Positions 50,764-63,197 of a DNA stretch of 64,000 nt are shown in pieces. Within the stretch, counting starts at the first letter, position 1. Each line of letters starts with the position of its first letter. Source of the DNA: Amoebophrya sp. A120 (lineage: Eukaryota; Protista; Dinoflagellata). The translations under genes and the position numbers were made by a program. Under the pieces are notes generated by a model. That model made no database searches and was not told the origin of the DNA. It saw only the letters and a list, made by a program, of their open reading frames with translations. The stretch is taken from the NCBI GenBank assembly GCA_905178155.1, contig CAJINV010000010.1, forward strand, positions 645,851 through 709,850. The letters are read 5' to 3'.

Positions 50764-53700
50764 TCAGACCCCATCCGGAAATAACGCCGGATATTTGTCT
50801 TTCCAATCCCGCTGGGGCTCTTCGCTGCCATCAAGCATGCGGTCGTCCGCCCAGTGGTAGAAACTTTCGCCCAAACCACCCCCCTCGATTCTATCACACG
50901 GAAAATAACCAGAAGGGCTAGCGTACCAAATAAATGCCTGGATCGATACAATTACAACTGTATCGATACAACAAAACTTGCTCGAAATCGTCGCTCTTGC
51001 GACGTCACACTGTTTCTTTTTTCCAACATCTTCACCTTTCATGCGGACATAACCAACTCAACAATTCCCGCCTAAATCCTATCTTCACGATCTCCATCCT
51101 TGGGACTTCAGAATACAGTACGATAGTAGTACGCGCGGCTGATAGTTTTCGCGCAGAACAAGGCGACAAGATGACTTTCATGCACAATAAATTTCGAGTA
51201 CGTTTGTGCACGCCTGATAGATTACAATTACGTCAAGTATTGTACGCTAGCACCTTACGAAAAAATTGTTCCAATGCATAGGTCCACTTTTTCGAGAAGA
51301 TTTTGATCGAGTTGAAGAGGAAATTCGTCCCGATCCCCTGGTCTGGCTCCCCTTCCTCACTGTCCCACAAAACCTCCCCGAGGTCCGCAAATTTGCTCTC
51401 CTGGGTCTTATAGCCGTAGGCAGCGTCCTTCATCAAAGCATTGCAGTTCTCCCGCCACTTCGTGGCCTTCCAGTGTTCTCTTGCCTCATCTGTAGTGAGA
51501 TCTGACGGAACCGGGGGATGATCGTTCTCTCGAGGACCCCAGTTGTACGTAAACCCCGCCCACTCCCCGCAGAACGCCGTATTCAGGACCAGCGTCTGCG
51601 TGCGAAACAGTTGCTGCGCGTTGCAGTTTTTGTTTTTATTCACGGGAAACACCACGTAGGGGGTCAGGGGTCGGAGTTTTTCGGTCCAAAACCAGCCCTG
51701 CTTGGTTTTTTCCTCGGTGAAAACCTCTGGGTCCACGTCGTTTCGGGGTATGAAGTAAAACTTCTTCACTTCGTCTTCTTCTAATTGCATTAAATGGATT
51801 CCCCCCCGTTGCTTGTTAAATGGCACGCCGTTCGGCACGTCTCGGACGTACGCGCCGCAGCCCAGATTGCCGTAGCAGCTGGTCTCCTTCAGGAATATTG
51901 TGAGGAAAAATCTCCCCATATCGAAAAGGAATCTGTGATGCTGATTTGTGACCACAAATCAGCTTTGTCTTGCGCACAAGGCAAACGGCAGCCATGTGGC
52001 GCATGGTACAGTCAGTCTGTCATACGTTTGCGCCTATGTCTGACTTGTTTCTCATGCTCAGCTGCTAGCCGGACGCGTACTTACCCAAACGGGCTTAGAT
52101 TATGTCGACAAGATGAAGCTGTTGCTGCAATACAAAGGTCATTTGTTTACACAAATACAGCAACACAGGTTGTCTTTTGAGTATGGGGTGGGGGCTTTTC
52201 TCACTTTGATAAGAAACGTCGGGAGTTTACACCCTTCCGTCATGTTCCACAGCGCGTGGTGGTTTGCCTTGCACTCCTCGTTCGCGTCTGTTACTTCTTG
52301 AGAAGACGGCTCGGAATCCCCGAGAGTCCCTCCGCGGGAGGGCCACACCTGGCAGCTGTGGCTGTTGTAGCTGGTGGCGCCGCTGTGGACGGTGGTGATC
52401 ATTTCTGTGTTGACGAAGCCGTGCAGGTGCTATCAAATGCAAAAGTGTCTGGGTCTGGAAGATTATGAGACTTGCCATGCATGTTTCGCGTGGCCCAGGA
52501 TTGTGTGTGATGCATGCCCTACCATCACAGACTTTTAGAACCCTTCCTGATGCCTACTCCGCATGACAAACGCCCTCCCCGCGTGGCACAAACTGGACTC
52601 CTCTTGCTGGTCATGCAATACAGATCTTTTTAGAGTCCAAAGTTAGCATCACAAGTTCCAACCCTCCAGACCCAGACCCAGATCCATTTTTGCATTTGAT
52701 AGGTGCTCCATCATGTCGAATTCGCCCGATTCCGGCCACCCACTGTGGCCAAACCCGTCACCCGGCTGAAATCCGGTGTCCCACGCGAGCGGCACGATGC
52801 CGCCCTTGTGGGCCGTCCAGTAGGCCGACCAGCTGGCATCGATGGTCGGGATCCGCTCCACATCCACCACGAACAGCGAGCCTGCCCCAACCGCGTACTT
52901 GGTGTGCATGCGAATCGCGGGGCGATGGTTGTTCCAGTCGTCGTTCGCGTGCGTAGTGATCTTGCCCTTGTGAAAATCGACACTGACTTGTTTTTTCATC
53001 ACCGCATTTTCATCCGGATTGTCTCGCAGCGTAATCAGGTCGTCCTTCATCTCCCACCCTTTCTTGTAGTCCACGGCCCCGCCGGTGGGATCGCCGACTT
53101 TGTCCCACGGGACAAAACAGTCCAAAAACGCGTCTAGATCGTCGCCGGGGCAGCTGAGCGCCAACCGGTAGTTGGTGGAATCCGGATTTTCAAACGGCCA
53201 GGTGGTGGTAGAAGTCGTACTAGAGGTTGTGGATGTGGACAAGGTTGAATCTGCGCCGTTTGAATTTACCATCACGCACTCGAACGGGTACTGCCCGGGG
53301 TCGGAAATCCGGTCGGCCAATGGGAAAATTGACGCACGGCTACACACATCCACTTCTTCACTGGCAGCAGATGAAACGTCAGCAGCTTGTTGTGCGCCCT
53401 TTTTGCAGCAGGCCGCCTCGTACTGAGCATGCGCAGTGCCCGCCGCGGGCGTTGTCCCCTCGGGGTAGCAGGCCGCGCAGCTCCCCGGGGTGCCGTTGCA
53501 GCCGGGGAGGCAGGAGATGGCGGTCGGCGGGAGGGGTGTGGTGTCCGAGGCAAACAGGTTTTTCGTGAAGGCCTGCGGGTGTTTCTTGTTCAAAACCCAG
53601 GCCGGCAAAGCGACGCAAGAGTGGAAAGAAGTCTCGTTTCCACCGTACGCGAGCACTTCTGCCGGGACGGTCTGCTCGACCGGCAGCCCGGGGATGGTGA

Positions 53701-56151
53701 GCGCTTGGCACTCGGGGTACTTTTCCGCGTCGGCGTTATCAAAGTGAAAAATGCCCCCACCCCCGAACTAGGGAGCATTTGTATTGCAAACCTTTCCAAA
53801 TGAAACACTCGCCCTCTTGCATCTATCAGCATCACAGATTTCCGATCGTGAATACTAGCAAAAATTTGCATTGCAATAGACGCCAGCAAGAGTGGCCCTT
53901 GTCATGCAAGCGATGCGATACACGCCTAGACTCTGCATCCGAAAGATAAGATTCATACTTCTTTCATGCATGAGCATGACAAAAAGTTTTCATTTGGAAA
54001 CTTCGCATCACAAATTTTATGCAATTTCAGGGGTGGGGGGCATTTTTCACTGTAATATGCGTAGGGAACGGTTTCCGTTTCCCGGTCGTACTTGCAACAC
54101 GCACTCTTGTAGGACCCGGGCGCCAGGCCCTGTATCAAATGCAAAAATGTCTGGGTCTGGAGGGATTCGAACTTGTGATGCGCATTTCACAACACGCAGA
54201 AATCTGTCATGCGTAGGCAGCAAAAGCCGCCCACTTCCTGTCACCAAAGTGGGGGATTTGTCATGCGGATTAGGCATTGCGGAACCGTCTCGAAAACTGT
54301 GATGCTAAAGCGTGCATGCCAGACCTTCTGTGTCATGCAAAAACACCATGGCAAAAATCTCCGTTCTTCCAGACCCAGACACTTCTGCATTTGATACCCT
54401 GTGGCAGTTCGTCATTTCCATCTTCTCCGACGAGGCACCAGTTCGCACACTGGCTCCCCGTCCCGGCCAGGCGAAACTGCATCCCACACGGCTCAAAGCA
54501 GTCCATCGGTCTGCCTATCCTGAGTAAAAACGTCCCCATAGCAGAGTCAAGATGGGGATCTCGCAACACAAATCGAGAAGTTTTGGGAGTCAAGCATGAC
54601 AAGTTCCTCTCTGTAGTGTAGTGCAGTTTAGCAAGTACAGCCGCAACACAAATCCATCTAGTCGTCCTGTTTACAGCATTACAAAGTTCAAAACACGATG
54701 GGAAATGCCTCTTATGGGGATGCGCATTACAAATCTTCCTGTAACTGCAAGTCTGCATGACAACTCTGGGGTGGGGACGTTTTTACACAGGATACTGCCG
54801 GTAGTTGGTTCTTCCGGACACCCACCTTGGGCCTCGCTGACGCAACGGCATCAAAAGGAAACATCCCCCCTCCCCATATTGCAACGGAAATTTCTGCTGC
54901 TGGATTTGTGTACACAAATCGGCTTTGTCTTGCAGTATAGGACTGCAGGCAGATACAAAGCCTAGACGGGGCTGGCCAGAGGTGGGCGCTCAGCATGGCA
55001 GACGTCTACCCTGTTGGCGCAGCAGCATTACAAATCGCCTGCGTAAAGCGGCGAAAGCTCTGGCTTTGCTCTCTTGCAACACAGACCTCATTTGTGACCA
55101 CAAATCAGCATCACAAATTTTCAAAAGGATGCCTTTTCGATATGGGGAGGGGAGATTTTTCCTTTTGATAAACGGACGTCGATGGTCCACTCCAGCGCAA
55201 GGGCGGGCGGTTGCAGTGGAGATGATGTAGTTGCCGCCTCCGTTGAAGATGTCGTGGCGTCGTCCTCATCTTCTGCCGTGGTTGTAGACGTCGTGGTAGT
55301 CGTAATTCCAATTTCCTCAGAAGTCGTCGCTTCTTCTTCATCTCCCCCGCAGCCGACACAGTTTTCGCACGCGCCCTGCACCGGCACCTGATTGGAGGCA
55401 GTGAGGACACCGCTGAGCGGCGTCAAGCTCGTGCTCGGGGCGTCAAGCTCCGAGGAGGAACTGAGCGAAGAAGGTGGGGGCGGCTGCACAGGAGGAGAAC
55501 CCTCTTGGTTCTCGACGAGAGCGCGAGGTGGAGACTGCGTCGTTCTAATATCCTTGCTCGCCATATTAATAACGTTCAAAGAAGTAAAAGAACTACTAGA
55601 GCTAGACCTAGTATCTGAAGCATTTTTATCAGACGACAAGGTGGATGTTGCAGGAGCACGGAGAATGTGTATCAAATGTAAAAATGTCTGGGTCTGGAAG
55701 AGTGCATGTTTGTCATGCTTGTCTGGCATGACTCTTAAATCTGTCATGCACGTTACCCAAGAGCTCCATTTTTCTGTGATGCAGAAACGCAGTTTGTCAT
55801 GCAGAATAGGCAACACCTAGAAGCTCAGAAACTTGTCATGCTGAGCCAGCATTTGTGGCCTCATCATGAAACGCCACCCAGCATCACAAGTTTCCAGACC
55901 CAGACAATTTTACATTTGATAATGCGCCTCTTCGCACGATTGTAGTGCTTCTTGGCTGCTGTTGATGTAGTTTTCATCGAAACCAGCCTGCTGCGCTTTT
56001 TCTGTTGCTGTGGTCCTCGTGTACCACTTTTTTCCCTCACGGAGAGGCCAGCGACGGGGCGCGCTGCGAAAATAAGGCTAACGTGTAAGAACACCACCTC
56101 CATGATCATGGCCGAAGTGGTGAGGACGCGTCGAAGACCGCTGAACTTCAT
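50764..56151 (-). CDS. GH16 paralogue 2 with signal-peptide-like start, Thr/Ser linkers and Cys-rich modules
   Basis: WSAYWT, WPESGEFDMMEHLHG and QTLVLNTAFCGEWAG; interrupted by seven or eight TIR elements. Confidence 0.85.
50892..51280. mobile_element. Possible old, degenerate introner-like element
   Basis: tat...ata ends, weak TIR, DR gattc/ggtcc; excision is in frame (KWTEGGGL). Confidence 0.5.
51896..52211. mobile_element. Introner-like element, family G
   Basis: DR aggaa/agaaa; excision gives PTFLKETSC. Confidence 0.85.
52431..52701. mobile_element. Introner-like element, family A
   Basis: DR ggtgc/ggtgc; excision gives MEHLHGF. Confidence 0.9.
53737..54057. mobile_element. Introner-like element, family C
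   Basis: DR ggcgt/tgcgt. Confidence 0.9.
54133..54396. mobile_element. Introner-like element, family A
   Basis: DR ccctg/ccctg. Confidence 0.9.
54516..54794. mobile_element. Introner-like element, family E
   Basis: DR ctgcc/ctgcc; inverted relative to 49172-49460. Confidence 0.9.
54849..55170. mobile_element. Introner-like element, family G
   Basis: DR aacgg/aacgg. Confidence 0.9.
55670..55921. mobile_element. Introner-like element, family A
   Basis: DR atgtg/atgcg. Confidence 0.9.
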
Positions 56152-56999
56152 CGTAGTGACTTTATCGCTGACGAGTCAGTCTAATGATCATCAAAACTAG
56201 ATTGTATGCGAACGATCTTATCGGTGCTGTGCCATCGCCATGACCATGACCATGTATGTGTGGGAGGAAAAATAAGGGCTCCTGCCTGGGGTAAGTAAGT
56301 AACCGTGTTTAATATCTTCTATTGCCGTACCAAGAATGTGGTGCTTTTCAATTCTGTCTTGCGGAGTTGTGCAAACAGCAGACGATAGACGACAGGGTTC
56401 TTTTTGCGTTCTGTTTGACGAGGGCACGACTTGTTTTCGTGTTTTGAGTAGAAACAGACGGACGACAAGAGACGACAGGGTGGACGAAGTGTACGACGAA
56501 CGGAGACGGACGGACGGACGGACGGACGCAGTCAGTGCATCAGCTGCGTCCCGAAGTTCTTGTGCACTGTATTTTTTCGATTTGGAATGAGGGCAACACT
56601 GATCATAAACGCGAACTCTGTGTAAACACACGACCACACAGACGTAGTAGACGCAACAAAGCTGTGCCCGGCGTCCGCGTCCACAAAGGAGCAAACGTAT
56701 GAAAGATGATGGAATCCTCAGGCCGCGGAGGAGAGTTATTTTTGAGTGGAGGTTTAACCTTGCATGGCTGCAGGAAAAGGTTGTGAAAAGAACAAGAAGC
56801 TATGCAAAAGAATAAAAACTCGGTTTCTAAAAACAAAAGTCTAGTAATGGAAGTTTGAGATGTTGATAACAGTGTTTTATTTGTGTCGACGTCGTGTAAT
56901 GTAATGTCGCGCAAATTTTTGGACATTTGCTACAGATGCACAAAACGAAAATTTAGAAGACGATAATCGCAACAGCGTCGAAAGCAGTACATTACGTGC

Positions 57000-59900
57000 T
57001 TATGCCTCCTCGACGACCTCGTCCCCGTTGAGCATGCGATCTTCGTCCCAGTCAAAGTAGCCGACGCCCTTCCCACCTCTCGAGAAGACTTTCACCGAAT
57101 TGAAGACAAAATTGGTTCCGAAGGTCTCGTCGGGCAGCAGTTTGACCGTGTTCCCGACCCAGTCGGGGTAGATGCTGTCCGCCCCCCGCACCCCGTAGCC
57201 CGGACTTGCCACCAAGCTGTTGCAAGCGTCGTGGCCCTGATCGTGAGCATTACCGTTGGGCTTGAAGTCTTTCCCGGCCCAGTCCCCGCAGAACGTGTTG
57301 TTGATGATCAGGGTTTGGGTGCGGAACAACCTGGCGGACGGACAGTTCCCATCTTTGTCGGTGGGGAACACGGCGTAGGGCGTGGACTCCGCCAGCTTTC
57401 TTTCCCAAAACTCCGGCTTCTTGGTTTCCGCGTCGGCGAACGTGCTCCCGGCGGCCTCCACCTCCGCGCGCGGGATCCAGTAGAACCGGGTCTCGTCTTC
57501 TTCCAACTGCATGATGTGAATCCCCCCGCGCTGCTCGTTGAATTTGACGCCGTTCGGGACGCCTTTCACCTTCACGCCGCAGCCCAGGGAACCCTCGCAA
57601 TTTCGCTCCTTCAGGTACAACGACAGGTCGGGCAGCTGGGCCGAGCATTCCGCCTGCTCAAACGCGTGTATGTTGTTTGCGTAGTCCGCCTCGCATGTTT
57701 CGTACAAACCGTCATCGCTGAGGTTAAGGTTTATTTCCCCGTAGTTTTCTACAGCTTCTTGACTCGGTTCTGCGTTCAACACGTTGGTCATCGTGCGAAA
57801 AACGTTGCAGTTCCCGTTGCAGGGCTGCGGAGCAACTGCGCCGCACATGTAATTCCCGTACTCGGTATGCAGGGTGGTGATCATCTCCTGATTACCCCAG
57901 CCGTGCAGGTGCTCCATCAGGTCGAATTCGCCCGACTCCGGCCAGTGCGCGTGGCCCAGCCCGTCCTCAGGCCTGTAGCCGTTGGGCACATATGCGATCC
58001 CGCCCTTGTGCGCGGTCCAGTAGGCCGGCCACGACCCGTCGATGGCGCGCATCCGCTCCACGTCCACGACGAAAATCGCCCCGTGGGTGAAGCCGTACTT
58101 GGTGTGCATCCGGATGGCGGGCCGCTTGCCCCAAAGCTCATTTGGAAGCTGACCGGTCTGAAAATTCAGGCTGATCTGGTTTTTCTCCGGCAAGTGGGTG
58201 ATCAATTCCTCCTTTTTCTCCATACCCTTGGCGTACCGCACGTGCCCGTTGCTCTCTGCCCGGCGGCCCGCGTAGGCGGGGGCGTAGTACGCCACGTAAA
58301 CTGCATCGCGGGTCTCAAAGCCCACCGCCCTGGGCATGATATGTGTGCGGCCGACGAGTTCGTCTCTTGGGAGGCACCGCACCTCCTCGAAAAGACTGCC
58401 CTGAAAGACCAACGCTGCACCAATCCCACTCACCAACGCGTGGTCATGTCTTATGTGGATTGATTCAGCCTTTTCTGCTGCTGTTTTTTCCGCCAGAGAA
58501 GATTCGTCAGCAAACTCTTCATCACAATTTTCGCCCGCATCTTCACCCGCTGTTTCACAAATCACCTCTTCCTCCGCTTCTTCCTGTTCCTTCTCTATTG
58601 CTGCCAACGCCGACATGTTTGCCTCCGTGATCGCGACGACCTGTGACAGCGGGTGTTTTCGGAAGATCCACGAGTAGGCGTCGCCCAACTGCGCCCCGCT
58701 GATATTTTGGGTCGCGAAACAGATCGGGTTTCCCCACTTGCTTCCCCGCAGTAGTTGTGGCTCCGGGCTGTCTCCTACCTCTTTGTTGAAGACGTTGTAG
58801 TTGCATGGCTGCTGAGATGTGTCCCCTGGCTGTGGGTTGAAGCGGCTATAGTCGCAGTACCTCCTTGGGCCGATGAACGGAAACTTGCTGCTCGGCTTCT
58901 GCTTGTTTGCTGAGGCTTCTCCCGTCGAGGACGAAAGCGAAGACGAAGATGATGACGATGCGACACTAGCAGAGAGCGTCGCACGCCCGTCGTTGTTCTT
59001 GTGTCTTTTCGCACTCACAGCAAGTCCGTCTGTTGCTCCGACAGGTCGTTTTACTCCAGCTGTCTCGTCCTGGTTCGCATTTGCGCTTCTTGCTGCCTCC
59101 TGCTGCCGTAATCTCGCGGCGTCGCTGCGAAGAAAGAAAACCCGCTTCGGTGCTTTCCCCGTAATCTCCCCTCCTGCGACCGCTTGGTCACGCTGGCGCT
59201 TCACGGCGACAGTAGTGGAAGTAAGAAGCACCTCCCAGAAGATCAGCAGCACGACGAAAGTAACGACGGACGGGCAGTTGCAAAGACGGTAAAAGCAACG
59301 ACGAGGAAGAACGACTGCACTGACAACGACGTCCGGAGCCCCGTCAAGCGGAGGGAAGAAGTTCGGCTTTCTGGTTTTCTCTCGAAACGGTGAGCCACTC
59401 GTGGGAACCCTTTAGACACCGGCACAGCAAAAACGCAAACAACGCACGAATGAAAGCGTACAAGCCGTTCTGGACGAAGAAGACAAGATGAACGTGGCCG
59501 CGTCGCTCGCTCGCTCGCCGGTCATGAATCTCACTCTACGCAAACACAGATCAAGGTCAATACACAAATAAAGTAAAATCACGCAAAACCCAACCCAACC
59601 CAACCCCCTTTTTCTCCATACCCTTGGCGTACCGCACGTGCCCGTTGCTCGGATCCGCGGGCTTGTTCCAAAACACGAAACAGCCCAAAAACTCGTCCAC
59701 ACTGGTTCCCGGACAGTCCAGGGCCAATATCCTGTGCAAAAGTATCGCACTCGTAGTAATTGCACTCATGCATTACAAATCTCGTTCCCAACGCAAATCA
59801 GCATGACAAATTCCATTTGTCATGCTGAGCGAATTTGTGTTGCAATTACTACTAGTACGATATTACTTTTGCAGCTCATAGCCAACTGCAGGGGTTTATT

Positions 59901-60509
59901 CCCAGTTGGCTCGGCCGACGATGCGTTTGCGTTGTCCTCCGCGTTGTCCTCCTCTTCCGTCCATACGAGGGCCCACTTGGCTTGCTGCTGCTCGGTGGTT
60001 TGTTTCTTGATGACCTCCATCTTGAGGCGGAGACGCATCTGCAGGACCGTGGATTCATCTTCAGCTGACGGAAGAAGAACTTCATCTATTTTCCTATGTT
60101 CCAGAATTTCACTCTCTGATGTGCTCTCCTGCTGCTGCTGTTGCGCTCGAAGGATCATTTTCGACGTCGTCGTCGATTTCTGCCCGTAGTTTATTTTCAT
60201 CGTATGCGTGCTGGTCGACTTCTTCGCTCCTAAGGTCAACCCCATGGCCACGCCGAGGAGCACAACCCCCGCAGAAGTGCCGCTACTCGTCGACCACGAC
60301 CCGAGTACCAGAGCGGACGCGAAGACAAAAAACAAGAGTTTGGCAAGCGGTGGAGCTGCTGCTGCTACTGATTCTTGTTTGCAGCAAGCGGTCCACGGGA
60401 GGACGTCTTTGGCCGGGAGATTTAGTAACATCTCCTGGGTAGAAGTTCTTGCGGTCCGTTTATTTTTCCCACTTCCGGAAGTCGAGAAACTTTGCTTCGA
60501 GCGGAGCAT
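57000..60509 (-). CDS. GH16 paralogue 3, interrupted by a 1.35-kb insert
   Basis: WPESGEFDLMEHLHG and QTLIINNTFCGDWAG. The N-terminal half (LQLALDCPG...DPSNGHVRY) lies upstream of the insert. Start codon uncertain. Confidence 0.8.
58255..59606 (-). mobile_element. Insert carrying the N-terminal part of an APE/EEP-like endonuclease, flanked by a 44-bp direct repeat; probable non-LTR retroelement fragment
   Basis: Identical 44-mers at 58211-58254 and 59607-59650. Motifs FATQNISG, VVAITEAN and VYVAYYAP. (CCCAA)n at the right junction. Confidence 0.7.
59728..59880. mobile_element. Introner-like element, family D
   Basis: DR gccaa/gccaa; excision gives LQLALDCPG, matching paralogue LQLALNCPG. 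Confidence 0.9.
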
Positions 60510-62280
60510 CTCTTTTGGTCGGATCAGATGGGGAAAAGCAAAATGTGGGGCGTGCAGCTTTCGACAGATCAATTGATGTCGTCGTGGTACTTATTTTTAT
60601 CTGCACAACAAACGGTGCTGGTGTGGAAAATTGGTATTTACCCGTCGCACCGTAGGGGGAGACCAAACTACCCCTCACAGAATTCTCGTCCTGGTTGGTG
60701 GTATAGTAATTGATGTCATGTAATTGTAAATGTAATTCTAAAAATTACTTCTGTACCTCTAGTTGTCCGACGTACTATCCGCACTAGTTGTACGACACTT
60801 ATTCCTGCAAAAAGACGAGAAGCAAAATAAATAAACAAACGGGCATGATTACCCTAGAACTACTGCGGACTCAATTACGCACTGTCAACTGAGTTGTAAC
60901 ACGACGGGGGCGAAGAAGGAGTGACGCACGACACTTAGACGATAGCGTGGTGACACACTTGGACGATAAGGAAACAAGCTATGAAAGTTTAATACTATTC
61001 CTCTTGCACGTAGTACTTACATTTTACAACAGTTCAGGAGAACTACGAGAGCGAAAAAACTAGACGGCGACGGGATGTGAACGAATGATTTATTTCACGT
61101 CGAAAAACAGACCGCGGACGACGACGAGACTCCTTCTTGTCCCTATAATACCGTATTCGGACGACGGACAAGTAGAACAGTGAACAAAACACACACGAGG
61201 AAACACCCGAACACATCGTGCGAAAGTGAAGTCGCAGATCAGCAGCACCAGCATCAGCATGGTCATATGCATATTAGGGGTGGTCACTGAGGTAGAAAAA
61301 AAACGCATACTTACTTACTAGACGTACACACTGGGGGCTTCTGAACGAAAGTTTCTGCAATGGAACTTCAAATTTGTATGCCAGTACTTCGTTTGAATGA
61401 TGCTATGCAAATACTTATCCGCCTCACTCTAAGAATAAAAGACGCAAAAGTGATAAACAAAATGAAGTCGACGGGTCACGCCGGGGGAGCGAATTTTCTC
61501 GCGAAGGAACGACTCTAGCGAAGGGGATGGAATGCAAGTAAACCTCCACGGGTAGATCTATCTATCTATCGTGCGATGGGACTTGACTTGAAGATGGTAC
61601 GCCCGGCCGCGCAAGTTCCGCACTTCTGATGGTGCAGCACAAGCACTGCCGCCAGTTCCGCACTTCTGATGGTGCGCGTCTGGTGTAGCCGCACAGTGCA
61701 GCAAGGACTTATGTTCTTAATTCTTATACTCCTAACGGTGATTGCAGCACCAGGAGCCCGAGCCAGACAGAAGGTACTGAAACCCGGCAACGAGCCCTCT
61801 CTCACTCCGGGGAGGTGCGAGCCACCTCGTGACAGCCACAAGCGGCGCCACCTAAATGCGGGGACTATCTATTAGACGGACTACCGCCAAAGGCCACGAA
61901 AGCTTGTTTAGAAGCCGAGCACGAGATGCGTTCTACCGCCTGGATTAGCAGACCAGACTCTAGGGGACTTAATGAAAGGCGTGCCGGATCAACTTCCGCA
62001 GACAAGCCTTCGGGCCTGTTGATCGCATAAGCTAAATTGTTAGAACTAATTTTTTTCCTTCATCCGGGTAGAGCAATCACTTCGCCGGAACCTCCGCACG
62101 GCCGCGCCAAAAACTCCACAGTGGTGCTGATGAACAAGCGCGACACCACCTCCACGGCACTGTCGCGTCCGCCCCCCCCCCTGACAAACCCGCTGGCTAG
62201 GCGGAAAAAACAAAGCCCCTGCGAGTTCGCGGGATCCGCAGACTAGCGCTACAAAGGCTACAGCAGTAAGACAACAGGAA

Positions 62281-62470
62281 CAGACTTAGAGGACGAAAGA
62301 AGAAAAGTAAAAGGGTAGAGACCTAAACCTACGGGGGCGCATGCAAAAGAGGGCAAAGGGAAGGGCAGAAGGAAGACATCAGACTTAGACGAAAAAAGCA
62401 AGATAAAAGGGTAGACTCTCAATCCTACAGGGGCGTATGCAAGAGGGGGCAGAGGGAAGATCAGATTTCG
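62281..62470. repeat. Imperfect ~99-bp tandem duplication
   Basis: cagacttaga...aaaagggtaga...cctac.ggggcg.atgcaa at 62281 and ~62380. Confidence 0.75.
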
Positions 62471-63197
62471 GCAACGGAATGAGAGGAGCGCACGAATTTG
62501 CGATCGGGCTCCTGGAAAGCAAAACACACGAACAGTGGCACAGACGTACGAACCGACGCTCTGGTAGATAGGATAGCACGAGCAAAGAAAGCATCTACGA
62601 GAACAGCAAATACGGATACAAACAAAAGGACGGCCATCAGCCAAAGCCAAGCCGTGAGCATATAAAAGCAAACATACAAAGCAGCGAGCGAGTAACCAGA
62701 GGTCACATCGCTGTGCAGGTCTTTCGTAGTAATTTCTCTAGACGCGCGGGCTTCGCACTTCGTTTTACTGTTTCGCAGACTAAAAAAAGAAAAAAGGGGA
62801 GGGGTAACGAAAAAAAGGGGACCGAGCTTCGTTCTACTTCTTTTTGGTTTTGCTTTTGCGTTTCCTGAATTAATTTTTACAGAAAAATGAGTAACAGCCT
62901 TTCGCAGTAAACTGTAGTTTTAGGTGGGGACAAGGCGCTTTATGGTAGAACTTTTAAACACTCACAATAATTTGACAACTACGCTCGAAAAATGTAAATG
63001 TGTGAATAAAGTCAAGTTGAATAAAGTCAAGTTAGGACATTTTGGAAATGCTGAGAGATGCAAAAAAACCTCATGCAAGAAGTGCATGGAAAGTTCCAAC
63101 CGAATAAATACCGAGCTCGCTGTAATTCGTTTTTGGCGTTGTGAACGTGTCGTGAATAGAAAAATCGGAAACACGATTGAATCACCCCTCAAAAGTA

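Noticed and set aside
74-55921. Recurrent peptides such as FQTQTFLHLI, KCKNVWVWK and PDPDIFAFD as a protein domain family
   Set aside because: They are translations of the family A TIR, not coding motifs.
57000-59252. The 750-aa ORF as the native GH16 gene model
   Set aside because: Its N-terminal half comes from the insert; the paralogue-matching N-terminus lies at 59607-60509.
59585-59606. True telomere or chromosome end
   Set aside because: There are only about four CCCAA units, internal to an insertion junction.
61560-62250. Mobile-element remnant or structured RNA
   Set aside because: It shows only a short 22-bp duplication and GC-rich patches, with no termini, ORF or recognisable fold.
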